A DNA stretch of 64,000 nt from Planctomycetota bacterium (GTDB lineage Bacteria > Planctomycetota > UBA1135): positions 314,738 to 378,737 of the forward strand of contig JAJFFC010000008.1 in assembly GCA_021776795.1 (NCBI GenBank), given 5' to 3'. Both the position numbers and the translations under genes were made by a program. Every line of letters starts with the position of its first letter. Positions within the stretch are counted from its first letter, which is position 1. Positions 51,430 to 61,757 of this stretch are shown here, piece after piece. The notes beneath the pieces were generated by a model, which searched no databases, had not been told where the DNA came from, and worked only from the letters and a program-made list of their open reading frames with translations.

Positions 51430-53682
51430 ATGAAACATCAAACCTCGCTTTCTCTCCAAGGGATGAGCTGCGCTTCTTGCGTTGCCCATATTGAGAAGGC
51501 CTTGCACGGGATTCCTGGAGTCCTGGAGGCAAGTGTCAATCTGGCCACCGAACGCGCCGAGGTGATCACCTCAGGCGTAATCCCCTTTCCCATTTTGCAG
51601 GTTGCCATCGAAAAGGCGGGCTATCAAGCGCAAGAGATTTCTGGGGAAGACCCTCCTGGCGCGAGCAGTTCCACCGAAGATCGACGCAATCAGGAGCAAG
51701 CTACACTCAAGCGAGATCTTCTTATCGCGGCGCTCTTGACCTTACCCGTATTCCTCTTGGAAATGGGAGCCCACCTGGTTCCGGCCTTCCATCATTTTTT
51801 AAACGACAGTATCGGCCAACAAACAAACTGGTGGATACAACTTGGGCTAACCAGTGCCGTCCTGTTTGGCCCAGGCCGACGATTTTTTAAGGCTGGCGTG
51901 CCCTCCCTGCTGCGCATGGCCCCGGACATGAACTCCTTGGTGGTCCTTGGCACCAGTGCCGCCTTTGGGTTTTCGGTCGTCGCGACGGTCGCCCCATTCT
52001 GGCTACCGGAGGGCACCGTTCATGTGTACTTCGAAGCCGCGGCCGTTATTGTCACCCTAATCCTCATTGGCCGTTTTCTGGAAGGAAAAGCAAAAGGAAG
52101 AACCTCTCAAGCGATTCAGCGCTTGGTGAAGATGCAGCCCAAAACGGCAAGAGTTTTGCGTAAGGGGGATTTCGTCGAACTCCCGATTGCGGAAGTGACC
52201 CACGGAGATCACCTTCAAGTGCGCCCCGGAGAACGCATTGCCGTCGATGGCATTGTTTTGGAGGGGAGTAGTTTCGTCGACGAGTCCATGATTTCCGGAG
52301 AACCCATTCCGGTCGAAAAATCGGTGGACGCAAAATTGGTCGGTGGCACCATGAATCAAGCTGGTGCACTCACCATGGCGGCAACCGCCGTCGGGGGCGA
52401 AACGGTCCTCGCTCAAATCATCTTGATGGTCGAGCAAGCCCAGGGATCTAAGCTGCCGATTCAAGCCTTAGTCGATCGCGTGACGAGGTGGTTCGTGCCT
52501 ACTGTTGTCCTGCTCGCAGCGCTGACCTTTGGCGCTTGGATGCTATTTGGCCCCGCTCCGGCACTCACGCTTGGCTTAGTCAATGCTGTTGCGGTACTTA
52601 TCGTGGCATGCCCCTGCGCCATGGGCTTGGCGACCCCGACCTCGATCATGGTCGGCACCGGCCGAGGAGCGGAAATGGGGGTCCTTTTCCGCAAGGGGGA
52701 GGCCCTGCAAGCGCTGCAAGTAACGCGCGTCGTCGCCCTCGATAAAACGGGGACCCTGACCGAAGGTCGCCCGTCGTTGACCGACTTGCACCTCATCCAA
52801 GGGTTTTCTCGCGACCAGGTTCTGGCTTTGGTGGCGGCTGTGGAGGGCAAATCGGAACATCCAATCGCCAAGGCATTGGTGGCTGCTGCAGTCCAAGAAA
52901 ATCTGACCATCCCCCCCGCCGCAGATTTCGAATCCGTCACCGGCTACGGCGTTCGAGCCACGGTGAATGGCCAACGGATTGAGGTTGGCGCGGACCGCTG
53001 GATGGAACAACTTGGTCTCGTTCTAACGCCCTTACAACAGCAAGCACTCCTGCTAGGAAACGAAGGGAAGTCTCCCCTCTACGTTGCGGTCGATGGCAGC
53101 TTGGCGGCTATGGTCGCTGTTTCCGATCCCATCAAAGAAAGCACACCCCCAGCGATCGATGCCCTGCATGCTCTCGACCTTCCTGTCGCGATGATTACTG
53201 GCGACAATCGGCTAACCGCCCAAGCGATCGCAAACCGCCTGGGGATTGATGAGGTGGTGGCTGAAGTGCTTCCCGCTGGCAAGGTGCAAGCACTCGAAGA
53301 GTTAAAGGCTAGGTTTGGATCCCTTACTTTTATTGGCGATGGCATCAATGATGCGCCTGCCCTGGCGGCGGCGGACGTCGGCATTGCCATCGGTACGGGG
53401 ACGGATATCGCGATGGAGGCTGCCGACGTGGTCCTGATGTCGGGCAGTCTCGACAGCGTTCCACAGGCAATCGCCTTATCGAAAGCCACGATGCGCAACA
53501 TTCGCCAAAATCTCTTTTGGGCTTTTGCTTATAACGCGGCGCTCATTCCCATTGCGGCCGGCGCCCTCTATCCCGCAACTGGGATGCTGCTCTCCCCTGC
53601 ACTTGCCGCCGGTGCCATGGCCCTGTCCAGCCTCTTTGTCCTTGCGAATGCCCTTCGGCTCCGGGGACTGCCTCTTAATTGA
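51430..53682 (+). CDS. copA: Copper-translocating P1B-type ATPase
   Basis: [34 protein letters not shown] and MALSS motifs. Confidence 0.93.
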   Translation: MKHQTSLSLQGMSCASCVAHIEKALHGIPGVLEASVNLATERAEVITSGVIPFPILQVAIEKAGYQAQEISGEDPPGASSSTEDRRNQEQATLKRDLLIAALLTLPVFLLEMGAHLVPAFHHFLNDSIGQQTNWWIQLGLTSAVLFGPGRRFFKAGVPSLLRMAPDMNSLVVLGTSAAFGFSVVATVAPFWLPEGTVHVYFEAAAVIVTLILIGRFLEGKAKGRTSQAIQRLVKMQPKTARVLRKGDFVELPIAEVTHGDHLQVRPGERIAVDGIVLEGSSFVDESMISGEPIPVEKSVDAKLVGGTMNQAGALTMAATAVGGETVLAQIILMVEQAQGSKLPIQALVDRVTRWFVPTVVLLAALTFGAWMLFGPAPALTLGLVNAVAVLIVACPCAMGLATPTSIMVGTGRGAEMGVLFRKGEALQALQVTRVVALDKTGTLTEGRPSLTDLHLIQGFSRDQVLALVAAVEGKSEHPIAKALVAAAVQENLTIPPAADFESVTGYGVRATVNGQRIEVGADRWMEQLGLVLTPLQQQALLLGNEGKSPLYVAVDGSLAAMVAVSDPIKESTPPAIDALHALDLPVAMITGDNRLTAQAIANRLGIDEVVAEVLPAGKVQALEELKARFGSLTFIGDGINDAPALAAADVGIAIGTGTDIAMEAADVVLMSGSLDSVPQAIALSKATMRNIRQNLFWAFAYNAALIPIAAGALYPATGMLLSPALAAGAMALSSLFVLANALRLRGLPLN

Positions 53683-53735
53683 ACTATTCCCCAAGATTTC
53701 CGCCGCAATTGCAAAATATTGATTAACCTAGAGCC

Positions 53736-54752
53736 ATGCAAAGAATCGCATTCATTCTTCTTAGTTTCCTGTGTAGCGCAGGCCTAGCCCATGCCCAAGA
53801 CATCATGGCTATCGATGGCCCAGGTAATGTCTACCTCATCGATAGCGCAAATGGTTCAGGAACACTCCTAGGTTCCCTCGGCTATACAGGTGCCGTCGGC
53901 CTGGCACGTGACAGTGCCGACGACCTTTATGCCATCTGCGATCACCCCATCTCTGGCCAAGCCATTGTGCAAGTTGATCCGCTGACCGGCGCGGGCACGC
54001 TCGTGAACTCGGCAATCCCGCTCTACACCGGCGAGGTCTTCCGTGGCGTGTCCTTTGACAGCTCCGATAACCTCTGGGCTGAGCACACCACGAGTTACAT
54101 CGTGACGGTTCCTCTGGCTTCGGGCGTTGCTGTCTTTGGCAACAAGCCAGCCACCTTTGACATTCGCTCCATCGCTTGGCGCGGTGGCGAGATGTACGGC
54201 TGGGATTTGTTCAAGGGCTTGGTCATTTTTGACACTGTCGGCACCAACTGGGCCACTGACGTTAACCCCGGCGTTCCTGGCTCGCTCGATGTCAATGCCA
54301 TGACCGCCTCCCCTAGCGGCCAGTTGTTTGGCGCTTCGGATTCGCTCTACTCCATTGACGAGATTACCGGCGTCGCCACCTTGGTTGGCTCGGGACCTTA
54401 CAGCGGCATCACCGCCATGGAGTTTTTGGGCACGCCACCCAACCCCGTGCTCAGCGTGACTCCCCTCACCGCTGGCCAGGCAGCCACCTTCTCGGTGACG
54501 GGCGCCACTCCATTTGGTTCTGTGATTGTGGGCTACTCGACTGCCGGTGCAGGCCCCACCAGCACGCCCTTCGGCGTGGTTGACATGTCGCCTCCAATCA
54601 ACGCTTTCCCGCCATTCGCCATGGATGCCACCGGTAGCGGCGGCTGGTCGCTGACCATTCCTGGCGGCGCATCGGGCCTCACGCTTTACACCCAAGGCGT
54701 GGATACCGGAAGTGGTTTGCTCACCACTTCATTGGCCACGGCCATTCTGTAA
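53736..54752 (+). CDS. Secreted beta-propeller-like protein with conserved C-terminal domain
   Basis: Signal peptide; YxIDxxTGxxTLVG repeats; C-terminal GATPFG..LYTQGVD block resembles 8721-9650. Confidence 0.7.
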   Translation: MQRIAFILLSFLCSAGLAHAQDIMAIDGPGNVYLIDSANGSGTLLGSLGYTGAVGLARDSADDLYAICDHPISGQAIVQVDPLTGAGTLVNSAIPLYTGEVFRGVSFDSSDNLWAEHTTSYIVTVPLASGVAVFGNKPATFDIRSIAWRGGEMYGWDLFKGLVIFDTVGTNWATDVNPGVPGSLDVNAMTASPSGQLFGASDSLYSIDEITGVATLVGSGPYSGITAMEFLGTPPNPVLSVTPLTAGQAATFSVTGATPFGSVIVGYSTAGAGPTSTPFGVVDMSPPINAFPPFAMDATGSGGWSLTIPGGASGLTLYTQGVDTGSGLLTTSLATAIL

Positions 54753-54785
54753 AGAAGGCTTAGAAGAATCCGTCGTGGGAGAGCT

Positions 54786-55565
54786 CTACCAGCTCTTCCA
54801 CGGCGCTTTGCCACTGGCCCACATCTTCTCGAGCATATTCCACTCGCGGAAGGTGTCCATCGGCAGCCAGAAGCCTTCGTGCTCAAAGGCCATCAACTGG
54901 CCATCGGCAGCAAGGTTGCGCAGCGGCTCCTGCTCAAAAGTCAGGTCTTCACGATCGTCGAGATAATCAAACACCTCGCGGTTTAAGACAAAGTAGCCAC
55001 CATTGATGGCACCTTGGCCGACGTCGAGCTTCTCCTTGAACGCCGTAATCTGCTGACCCTTCATATCGAGGTCACCGAAACGACTAGGCGGGCGCACCGC
55101 AGTCAGCGTGGCAATCTTGCCATGCGACTTGTGGAACTTGACCAGCGCATCGATATCAATGTCGGCTAGGCCATCGCCGTAAGTCAGCATGAAGCAGTCA
55201 TCGGTGATGTACTTCTGAATCTTCTTGACCCGCGCGCCGGTCAGCGAATCGAGACCGGTTTCGGCCAGGTGCACCACCCAATCCTTTTCGTCTTGCGACT
55301 CATGGGCGTGGGTTTCGACCGAGTTATCGCCGAGGCGGACCGTGACATCGGCCATCTTGGCGCGATAGTTCATGAAGTAGTCCTTGAAGTCCCAGGAGCG
55401 GTAGCCGAGGCACGGAATGAACTCCTTATGCCCAAAATGGCTATAAATCTTCATGATATGCCACACGATCGGGAAACCGCCGATCGGGACCATAGGCTTG
55501 GGGACGTTGGCCACTTCACCCTGAATCCGGGTGCCGCGACCGCCACAGAGGATGGCAACCTGCAT
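54786..55565 (-). CDS. rfbF: Glucose-1-phosphate cytidylyltransferase
   Basis: ILCGGRGTR, PKPMVPIG, TGARVK, MLTYGDG, GFWLPMDT. Confidence 0.9.
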   Translation of the reverse strand: MQVAILCGGRGTRIQGEVANVPKPMVPIGGFPIVWHIMKIYSHFGHKEFIPCLGYRSWDFKDYFMNYRAKMADVTVRLGDNSVETHAHESQDEKDWVVHLAETGLDSLTGARVKKIQKYITDDCFMLTYGDGLADIDIDALVKFHKSHGKIATLTAVRPPSRFGDLDMKGQQITAFKEKLDVGQGAINGGYFVLNREVFDYLDDREDLTFEQEPLRNLAADGQLMAFEHEGFWLPMDTFREWNMLEKMWASGKAPWKSW

Positions 55566-55604
55566 GGGCGGTAGTATAGGTTCGCCTCCTGCGCGCCCCT
55601 CCCC

Positions 55605-56564
55605 ATGGACCGCTCCTCTTCCAGTTCCTCCGCCCTGGCCGGCCGCCGCGTTCTTGTGGCTGGTGCTGGCGGCTATATCGCCTCTCGCCTTCTTCCGCGC
55701 CTGTTCGAAGCCGGCGCCAAGGTCGCTGCACAAGCCAGCTATACCGAGCCCCTACAGGGCCTAGACCTTGAGCTAATCGCTGGCCCGGTTAGCGATGCCC
55801 AGGTGCAAGAAGCGATTCGCGCTTTCGACCCGGAGATTGTTCTGGATTTGATGGGCAAGACCGACCAGTCGCATTCGCGCGACAACGACGACGCCATGGC
55901 CGCAAGTCACTTCGCTGCGGTGCGGGATTTGGGTCGTGCGGTGATCGATTCGCCTGCGCTGACGCGCTGGGTGCACTGCGGAACCAATGAAGAGTACGGG
56001 AATAACCCAGTGCCTTTCTGTGAAGACATGCGCGAGGAACCGGTGTCTGCCTATTCGGTAGGCAAAGTGGCGGCCACCCATCACCTGCAGATGCTCGCCA
56101 CCTACGAAGGTGTGCCGGTGTGCACGGTGCGGCCCTTTGTGGTGTTTGGTCCGCAGCAAACGCGCGGCCTGATCCCCTTCCTGATTCGCATGGGTTTGGG
56201 TGACCAAGCCTTTGACACCACCGACGGCAAGCAAACTCGCGACTTCATCTGGTCTGAAGATTTGGTGCAAGGCATTCTGGCTGCCGCCGTCGCCCCCGCC
56301 GATGCCGTAAATGGTCAGGTCATCAACTTGGGTGCTGGTGTGGAAACGCCGGTGCGTACTGTGGTCGAAACTGTGTGCCGCTTAGCCGGTGGCGGCCAAC
56401 CGAACTTCGGCGCCATGAGCATGCGCCCGGGCGAAAGCCAGCGCTGCGTGGCGGACATCTCCAAAGCCAAGTCTCTGCTTGGTTGGGAGCCGCAAGTGAG
56501 CCTGGAACAAGGCTTGGCGCAAATGGTCGAGGAAGCACGGACCGCAGCAGGAGCCTCGTCATGA
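55605..56564 (+). CDS. NAD-dependent epimerase/dehydratase
   Basis: GAGGYIA, YSVGK, QTRDFI, ADISKAKSLLGW. Confidence 0.85.
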   Translation: MDRSSSSSSALAGRRVLVAGAGGYIASRLLPRLFEAGAKVAAQASYTEPLQGLDLELIAGPVSDAQVQEAIRAFDPEIVLDLMGKTDQSHSRDNDDAMAASHFAAVRDLGRAVIDSPALTRWVHCGTNEEYGNNPVPFCEDMREEPVSAYSVGKVAATHHLQMLATYEGVPVCTVRPFVVFGPQQTRGLIPFLIRMGLGDQAFDTTDGKQTRDFIWSEDLVQGILAAAVAPADAVNGQVINLGAGVETPVRTVVETVCRLAGGGQPNFGAMSMRPGESQRCVADISKAKSLLGWEPQVSLEQGLAQMVEEARTAAGASS

Positions 56565-57502
56565 GCGTGCGCCCGCAGTTCTCGGTGGTGATTCCGTCTT
56601 ACGACGAAGAACCCAATATTCGCCCGCTTGCAGATCGCCTCAAGGCCACCTTCGCCAAGATGGGTGTCGAGAACTGGGAAGCGATTTGGGTTGAGAACGG
56701 CTCCAGCGATGGCTCTTTGGAGTTGCTCGAGGAGCTTCACCAAGAGGATTCTCGCTGTAAATACCTTTCCTTGTCGCGGAACTTTGGCCACTCCGGCGCG
56801 GTCGCTTGCGGTTTAGATTTCGCCGACGGCGAGATGGTGGTGATGATGGACGGCGATCTGCAAGATCCGCCGGAGATGATCGAAGACTTCCACAAGAAGT
56901 TGGAAGGCGAAGATCTTGATGTCGTGTATGGCCAGCGCAAGAAGCGCGATAAGGAAGGCTTCATCAAGCGCACCTCCATGACCATCTTCTACCGCTTGTG
57001 GAAGCGCACTGCCTATATCCACGTACCGCTCGACGCCGGCAACTTCTGCCTGATGCGCCGTTCTGTGGTCAACGCGCTGACTTCACTGCGCGAACGCGGG
57101 CGTTTTGTGCCTGGTTTGCGTGCCTTTGTCGGCTTTAAGCAAGACGGCATTGCCTTTGACCGACCTGGCCGCGCCGCCGGAGAAGAGAAAACCAACTTCT
57201 GGATTCTCTCCGGCATTGCGATTGAAGGTCTGCTGGCCTTTTCAGTGTTCCCACTGCGCCTGCTCATGATCACCGGCATGGTGGCGATTGTGCTTTCCGT
57301 GGTGGCCGCCTTCATCATGATGCTCGGCAACTGGCTGAACTGGTTCGACATGCGCAACGAAATGACCTATCTGACCGCATTGATGGTCTTGATTGGTGGT
57401 GCCACCATGCTGGGCATTGGCGTGATTGGCGAATACGTCGGCCGCATCTACCAAGAAGTGAAGCGTCGCCCGATATACATCGTGCGCCGCCGCGGCATTT
57501 AG
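56561..57502 (+). CDS. GT2 glycosyltransferase (GtrB/ArnC-like)
   Basis: SVVIPSYDEE, LSRNFGH, DGDLQDPP, two C-terminal TMs, GEYVGRIYQEVKRRP. Confidence 0.9.
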   Translation: MSVRPQFSVVIPSYDEEPNIRPLADRLKATFAKMGVENWEAIWVENGSSDGSLELLEELHQEDSRCKYLSLSRNFGHSGAVACGLDFADGEMVVMMDGDLQDPPEMIEDFHKKLEGEDLDVVYGQRKKRDKEGFIKRTSMTIFYRLWKRTAYIHVPLDAGNFCLMRRSVVNALTSLRERGRFVPGLRAFVGFKQDGIAFDRPGRAAGEEKTNFWILSGIAIEGLLAFSVFPLRLLMITGMVAIVLSVVAAFIMMLGNWLNWFDMRNEMTYLTALMVLIGGATMLGIGVIGEYVGRIYQEVKRRPIYIVRRRGI

Positions 57503-57825
57503 TCGGACAGTAAGGACTCGATGTGGTCGCGCAGCATGTCGATGAGCTCCGGGTTCATGTATTGGTAGTCGTCGGGGATATCGAGTACTTGAATCTCGAC
57601 CTCTTGAGCTTCGAGCGGGAATAAACGCTGCAATTTGGCGCGGTGATTCTTTTCCATCACCAGAACAAGCTCTGCCCACGCTAAGTCCTTGGCACTGACC
57701 CGACGTCGCGCCTGTTGGCTCACCCCCGCCGACCGCACTTCGCAACGTACATCCTTACGATACAGCTGCTCCGCCGTGGGGCTACGCCACTGATTCTTCG
57801 CGCAAAGAACGAGAAGCTTAAGCAC
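57499..57825 (-). CDS. Low-molecular-weight protein tyrosine phosphatase-like protein
   Basis: LCAKNQWRSPTAE P-loop; LDIPDDY. Confidence 0.85.
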   Translation of the reverse strand: MLKLLVLCAKNQWRSPTAEQLYRKDVRCEVRSAGVSQQARRRVSAKDLAWAELVLVMEKNHRAKLQRLFPLEAQEVEIQVLDIPDDYQYMNPELIDMLRDHIESLLSD

Positions 57826-58936
57826 CGCTCCGTGGCCGCTGAGATGCTGGCGGGGCTGCTGGCGCGGATCCGTAATGAACAAAAGCCATGGTCAAGAGAA
57901 CCGCAACAGCAACATAGAAATTCAATCCACCGAAAAGAGCAAATGGGGCGTCTAACTCGGCAAGAGTATAGCTTAGAAATACAAACAAATAGAACAGCTG
58001 CAGGAGGGTGCGCATCAGTCGAATGCCTGGGGTCAACTGGCGCCAAGTGAGCAAAACCACGTTTGCGAAAACATAGGCTAGGCTCACGTATGGGAGGTAG
58101 TGCATACGGGAGGTCCCATCCCAAGGAATTACCATTTCGTGGACAAACACGGCTAAACCAAGCAGACCAAACGTCGTTCCGATTTCGCGCAAGGACACTT
58201 TCCAAATCCGGATTCGCCGGGAATGCCACATCCAGCCCACTGCGACAAGCAACAAGAGCCCCGCAATGAGATTGGAAGAAAAGAAAAATCGTTGTCTAAA
58301 TTTTTGTACCTCTAGACCGCTCCTCAAGAAATAAAAGTAAGCCCCCGTCAGAATAATCATGCCTAGAGGGTGAGCAACGAGCTTAGCTAGCTTTGGATAA
58401 CCCTTATCCGAGAGTAGCAAAAGAATCAGCGCAAAGTGGGCCATTGTCACCAGGCAAACACGGACCGGCTTCCAGCTAAGGGCATTCTGTTCGACATGAA
58501 GACCCTGAAAAATAAGGATTACCAACAACAAGCCAAAGGGCCACAGAAGTCGACGCAACCAAATCCCAACCTTGGGCAATTTCAAAGAGGACAACCCTAC
58601 CGTCCATAGGAACATCGACAGTGCCCCTGAACTCAGCAGGGCGAACACAATCACAGCTTGGTTATAGACCTGAGTAAATAATCCCAGCCCTCCTATTCCG
58701 ATCGCCCAAAGGCAAGGCTCCAAGAGCGGGCCAAACTTGCCAAGCTGATTCTCACTAGGAAGTTTCCTTGCCCAGCCAATGGCCCAGTGCAGAGCCAACA
58801 CCCACGCCGACAGGTAGATTCCATTGGGGCGCGAGTAGTAGGGGCTCATCCCATAAACCTGGTACCACATCAGGAGGAGGCCCACAGCCAGCCACCGATA
58901 GAGCTCCCCGTTAAACCATGAAGAGGGGCCAATCAT
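57818..58936 (-). CDS. Polytopic membrane protein of unknown function
   Basis: About 10 or more hydrophobic segments; AT-richer than flanks. Confidence 0.6.
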   Translation of the reverse strand: MIGPSSWFNGELYRWLAVGLLLMWYQVYGMSPYYSRPNGIYLSAWVLALHWAIGWARKLPSENQLGKFGPLLEPCLWAIGIGGLGLFTQVYNQAVIVFALLSSGALSMFLWTVGLSSLKLPKVGIWLRRLLWPFGLLLVILIFQGLHVEQNALSWKPVRVCLVTMAHFALILLLLSDKGYPKLAKLVAHPLGMIILTGAYFYFLRSGLEVQKFRQRFFFSSNLIAGLLLLVAVGWMWHSRRIRIWKVSLREIGTTFGLLGLAVFVHEMVIPWDGTSRMHYLPYVSLAYVFANVVLLTWRQLTPGIRLMRTLLQLFYLFVFLSYTLAELDAPFALFGGLNFYVAVAVLLTMAFVHYGSAPAAPPASQRPRSGA

Positions 58937-58967
58937 CGCGCCGCCACCTTAACACGCGAGCGGGAAT

Positions 58968-59951
58968 CTAAACAAAGGGGTCTGGAGCCTGCAGGTGGTT
59001 CTGCACGTAGTCGCGAACGCCGTCTTCTAAAGAGGTGAATGGGCGATCATAGCCCGCGGAGCGCAACTTGCTCATGTCGGCTTCGGTGAAGTACTGGTAC
59101 TTCTCGCGGATTGCCTCTGGGGTATCGATGAACTTCAGTTCCGGGTCGCGATCATTGGCGGCGAAGACTGCCTTGGCCAAATCCGCGAAGCTGCGCGCTT
59201 GCCCGGTGCCTACGTTGTACAGGCCCTGCACTTCGGGGTGATCGAACAACCAAGTCACCACGTCGACGACATCTTTGACATAGATGAAATCGCGCAGCTG
59301 GCCACCGTCTTCATAGTCAGGGCGATGCGAGCGGAACAAGGTGGCCGCCTCTCCGGCCGCAATCTTTGGCTGCAGCTGATGCACCACGCTGCGCATGTTG
59401 CCTTTGTGCTCTTCATTCGGACCATAAACGTTGAAGAACTTCAAACCCACGCACTGGGGTGGTAGTCCCCCACCTTCGCGCAGCATGCGCGCGAGGCGGC
59501 GATCGACCACATGCTTACTCCAACCGTAAGCATTGAGCGGGCGCAGAGCAGACAGGGCATCGATGCTGTCGTCATCGACAAAACCGTGGCTGCCATCGCC
59601 GTAGGTGGCCGCCGAACTGGCATACAGGAAGCGCACCTTGTGACGCCCGCACCAACGGAATAGATCCAGGCTCAGGCGCACATTGTTGTGCACGATGCGA
59701 TCGACATCTTGCTCCGTGGTCGCCGAAATCGCGCCCATGTGCACAATCGCCTCCACCTGCTCGGCGCTGACCCCGGCCAAATAGTTGGGTAAATCTTCCG
59801 GGCGGATGATGTCGGCCAACTCACGCTTGGCAATGTTGCGCCACTGCTCGCCCTGCCCGAGCCAATCCACCACCACCAGCTCGCCGCGGCCCTCTAGGCC
59901 GGCAAGAAGATTGCTGCCGATAAACCCCGCGCCTCCGGTGACGATGATCAT
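58968..59951 (-). CDS. rfaD: ADP-L-glycero-D-manno-heptose 6-epimerase
   Basis: MIIVTGGAGFIGSN, YASSAATYG, PLNAYGWSK, FFNVYGPNEEHKG, YQYFTEAD. Confidence 0.93.
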   Translation of the reverse strand: MIIVTGGAGFIGSNLLAGLEGRGELVVVDWLGQGEQWRNIAKRELADIIRPEDLPNYLAGVSAEQVEAIVHMGAISATTEQDVDRIVHNNVRLSLDLFRWCGRHKVRFLYASSAATYGDGSHGFVDDDSIDALSALRPLNAYGWSKHVVDRRLARMLREGGGLPPQCVGLKFFNVYGPNEEHKGNMRSVVHQLQPKIAAGEAATLFRSHRPDYEDGGQLRDFIYVKDVVDVVTWLFDHPEVQGLYNVGTGQARSFADLAKAVFAANDRDPELKFIDTPEAIREKYQYFTEADMSKLRSAGYDRPFTSLEDGVRDYVQNHLQAPDPFV

Positions 59952-60007
59952 GTTGGCATTCTACAGGACTGCCCAAATCCGCCGGCAACACTTATCATGG
60001 GGGGCGC

Positions 60008-60355
60008 ATGAGCAGTGAGAACCCCTTCAAGGATTTGTTCGCCAAACTCGGGATCGAGGGCAGTGGCGAAGAAGAATCCGATCAAGCCGGTGTGGCCGGA
60101 GTCGATGCCGATGGCAAACCGATCAAGGTTGTGGTGATTGGCTATGAACGTCGCGGCAACAAAGCCGTAACCACGATTCGCGATATTCCGGAAGAGCGCC
60201 AAAAAGAGTTCTTGGGGTACATCCGCAAGGCCTTCGGCACTGGCGGTGGCATCAACGAAGATGACTTGTTCATTCAGGGTGACCGTCGTTCCCAGCTGAC
60301 GCGCTGGTTCGAAGGACAGGGCATCCGCGTGCGTGGCGAACGCGGCGACGCATGA
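60008..60355 (+). CDS. SUI1/YciH family translation initiation factor
   Basis: RRGNKAVTTI, FGTGGG, IQGDRR. Confidence 0.8.
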   Translation: MSSENPFKDLFAKLGIEGSGEEESDQAGVAGVDADGKPIKVVVIGYERRGNKAVTTIRDIPEERQKEFLGYIRKAFGTGGGINEDDLFIQGDRRSQLTRWFEGQGIRVRGERGDA

Positions 60356-60975
60356 TCTCCCGCTGGCGCCCGCTTTGGTGCGCAGCCCTTCTGCTTGCGG
60401 CGTCGTGCTCGACGTTGGTCGCGCCGCGCACAATTTTGGCGGAATCCGATTTGGAATTGACGCAGAAGGAAGATTTCCTTGCGCAATGGGAAGTCTCGCT
60501 AGATGTCGCCAATGCCTTTTTGCAAAGTGAGCACAATCAATCCTTACCGAAAGGCCAGTACGAGTTGCGCAACGATGGCATGATTCTGCGCGGACCCGAC
60601 CGCGATTATGAAGTCACGGTCAAAAAGACCACCATGGGCGGCCTTTGCGCCACCTTCGGCTATCCCGCGCAAGAGCGCTCCTGGGGCTTTGTGGTCGGCA
60701 GTTCCCACCGCGGGCCTGCAGTCGTCGCCAATACTTTCTTCTACAGCGTGACCGGCAAGCGTCGGAACCCAGAGATGTTGGCAGAACTGATTCTGCATGA
60801 AACCGCGCATCAAGTGCACGACGTCGGCACTTTGCGCTTTACCCGGACCATGCACTATTACTGGTTCTCGCTGTTCTACGGCTACGGCGGCCACCCCGAC
60901 GAAGCCATGCCGGTCATGGTGAACCACGAGTACCGCTCCTTCCTCCGCGAACGCGGCGATTGGCCAGCCTCTTGA
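60352..60975 (+). CDS. Lipoprotein with HExxH motif (putative zinc metallopeptidase)
   Basis: LAASC lipobox; ILHETAHQ followed by distal E. Confidence 0.6.
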   Translation: MISRWRPLWCAALLLAASCSTLVAPRTILAESDLELTQKEDFLAQWEVSLDVANAFLQSEHNQSLPKGQYELRNDGMILRGPDRDYEVTVKKTTMGGLCATFGYPAQERSWGFVVGSSHRGPAVVANTFFYSVTGKRRNPEMLAELILHETAHQVHDVGTLRFTRTMHYYWFSLFYGYGGHPDEAMPVMVNHEYRSFLRERGDWPAS

Positions 60976-61757
60976 GCACTCCCCAAGAGGCCCCGCTGGA
61001 TTGGAAGCCGCCCAAACCAGGCGGCCGCTGGCGTGGCATCCTGGTTCTGCTTCCTGCAGTGATCTTTGCCTTCGGTTACGTGCTGTGGCTCATCCCCACA
61101 TTGCTCCTGTTCAAGAAGTGGAGCCAGCGCCATCGCACCGCGTTGATTCGCGGTTGGGGCAAGGCTTTGCTTTGGATGTTCGGCGTGCGCCTGGAACTCG
61201 GTGGCCTGGAAAACCGCGATGCTCCTGGCGCAAAAATCCTGGCGACCAATCATGTGAGTTTGTTAGATCTCATGATCTACAGCGCAGCTTGGGGCGACGG
61301 CGGCACCGTGATTTACAAAAAGGAGTTCGGTAAAATCCCTCTCATCGGTCGCTGCATGCGCCTGCTCGATTTCATTGCCGTCGATCGTGGCAACCCGGAA
61401 GCCGCGCGAAAAAGCATGGCCGACGCAGCAACTGGAATCCGCGAACGCGAACTTGCGGTTTGGATTGCCCCCGAGGGAACCCGCTCGCGCAAGGGCGGAC
61501 TGCAAGAATTCAAGATGGGAGCCTTTCATTTAGCCATGCAAACGGGTGCGCCTATAGTGCCCTGCATCATGCGCGGCGTTTCCGAGGTGAACCCCATCGG
61601 CAGCTTAATTGTGCGTTCCGGCACCGTTCGCGTGGATTATTTGCCCCCCGTCCATCCGCAAGGTTGGAAAAGATCGAATTTGAGGGAAAAAGCCACGGAA
61701 TTGCGACGTCTATTCCTGCGTTACTTACCTGCCGCGAGCGGTACAGAAGGGGCATAA
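60972..61757 (+). CDS. Lysophospholipid acyltransferase (PlsC-like)
   Basis: NHVSLLD, FIAVDR, PEGTRS, FKMGAF. Confidence 0.88.
   Translation: MSTPQEAPLDWKPPKPGGRWRGILVLLPAVIFAFGYVLWLIPTLLLFKKWSQRHRTALIRGWGKALLWMFGVRLELGGLENRDAPGAKILATNHVSLLDLMIYSAAWGDGGTVIYKKEFGKIPLIGRCMRLLDFIAVDRGNPEAARKSMADAATGIRERELAVWIAPEGTRSRKGGLQEFKMGAFHLAMQTGAPIVPCIMRGVSEVNPIGSLIVRSGTVRVDYLPPVHPQGWKRSNLREKATELRRLFLRYLPAASGTEGA

Noticed and set aside
42966..53682. Copper cluster as a mobile element
   Set aside because: No transposase, integrase or flanking repeats were recognised.
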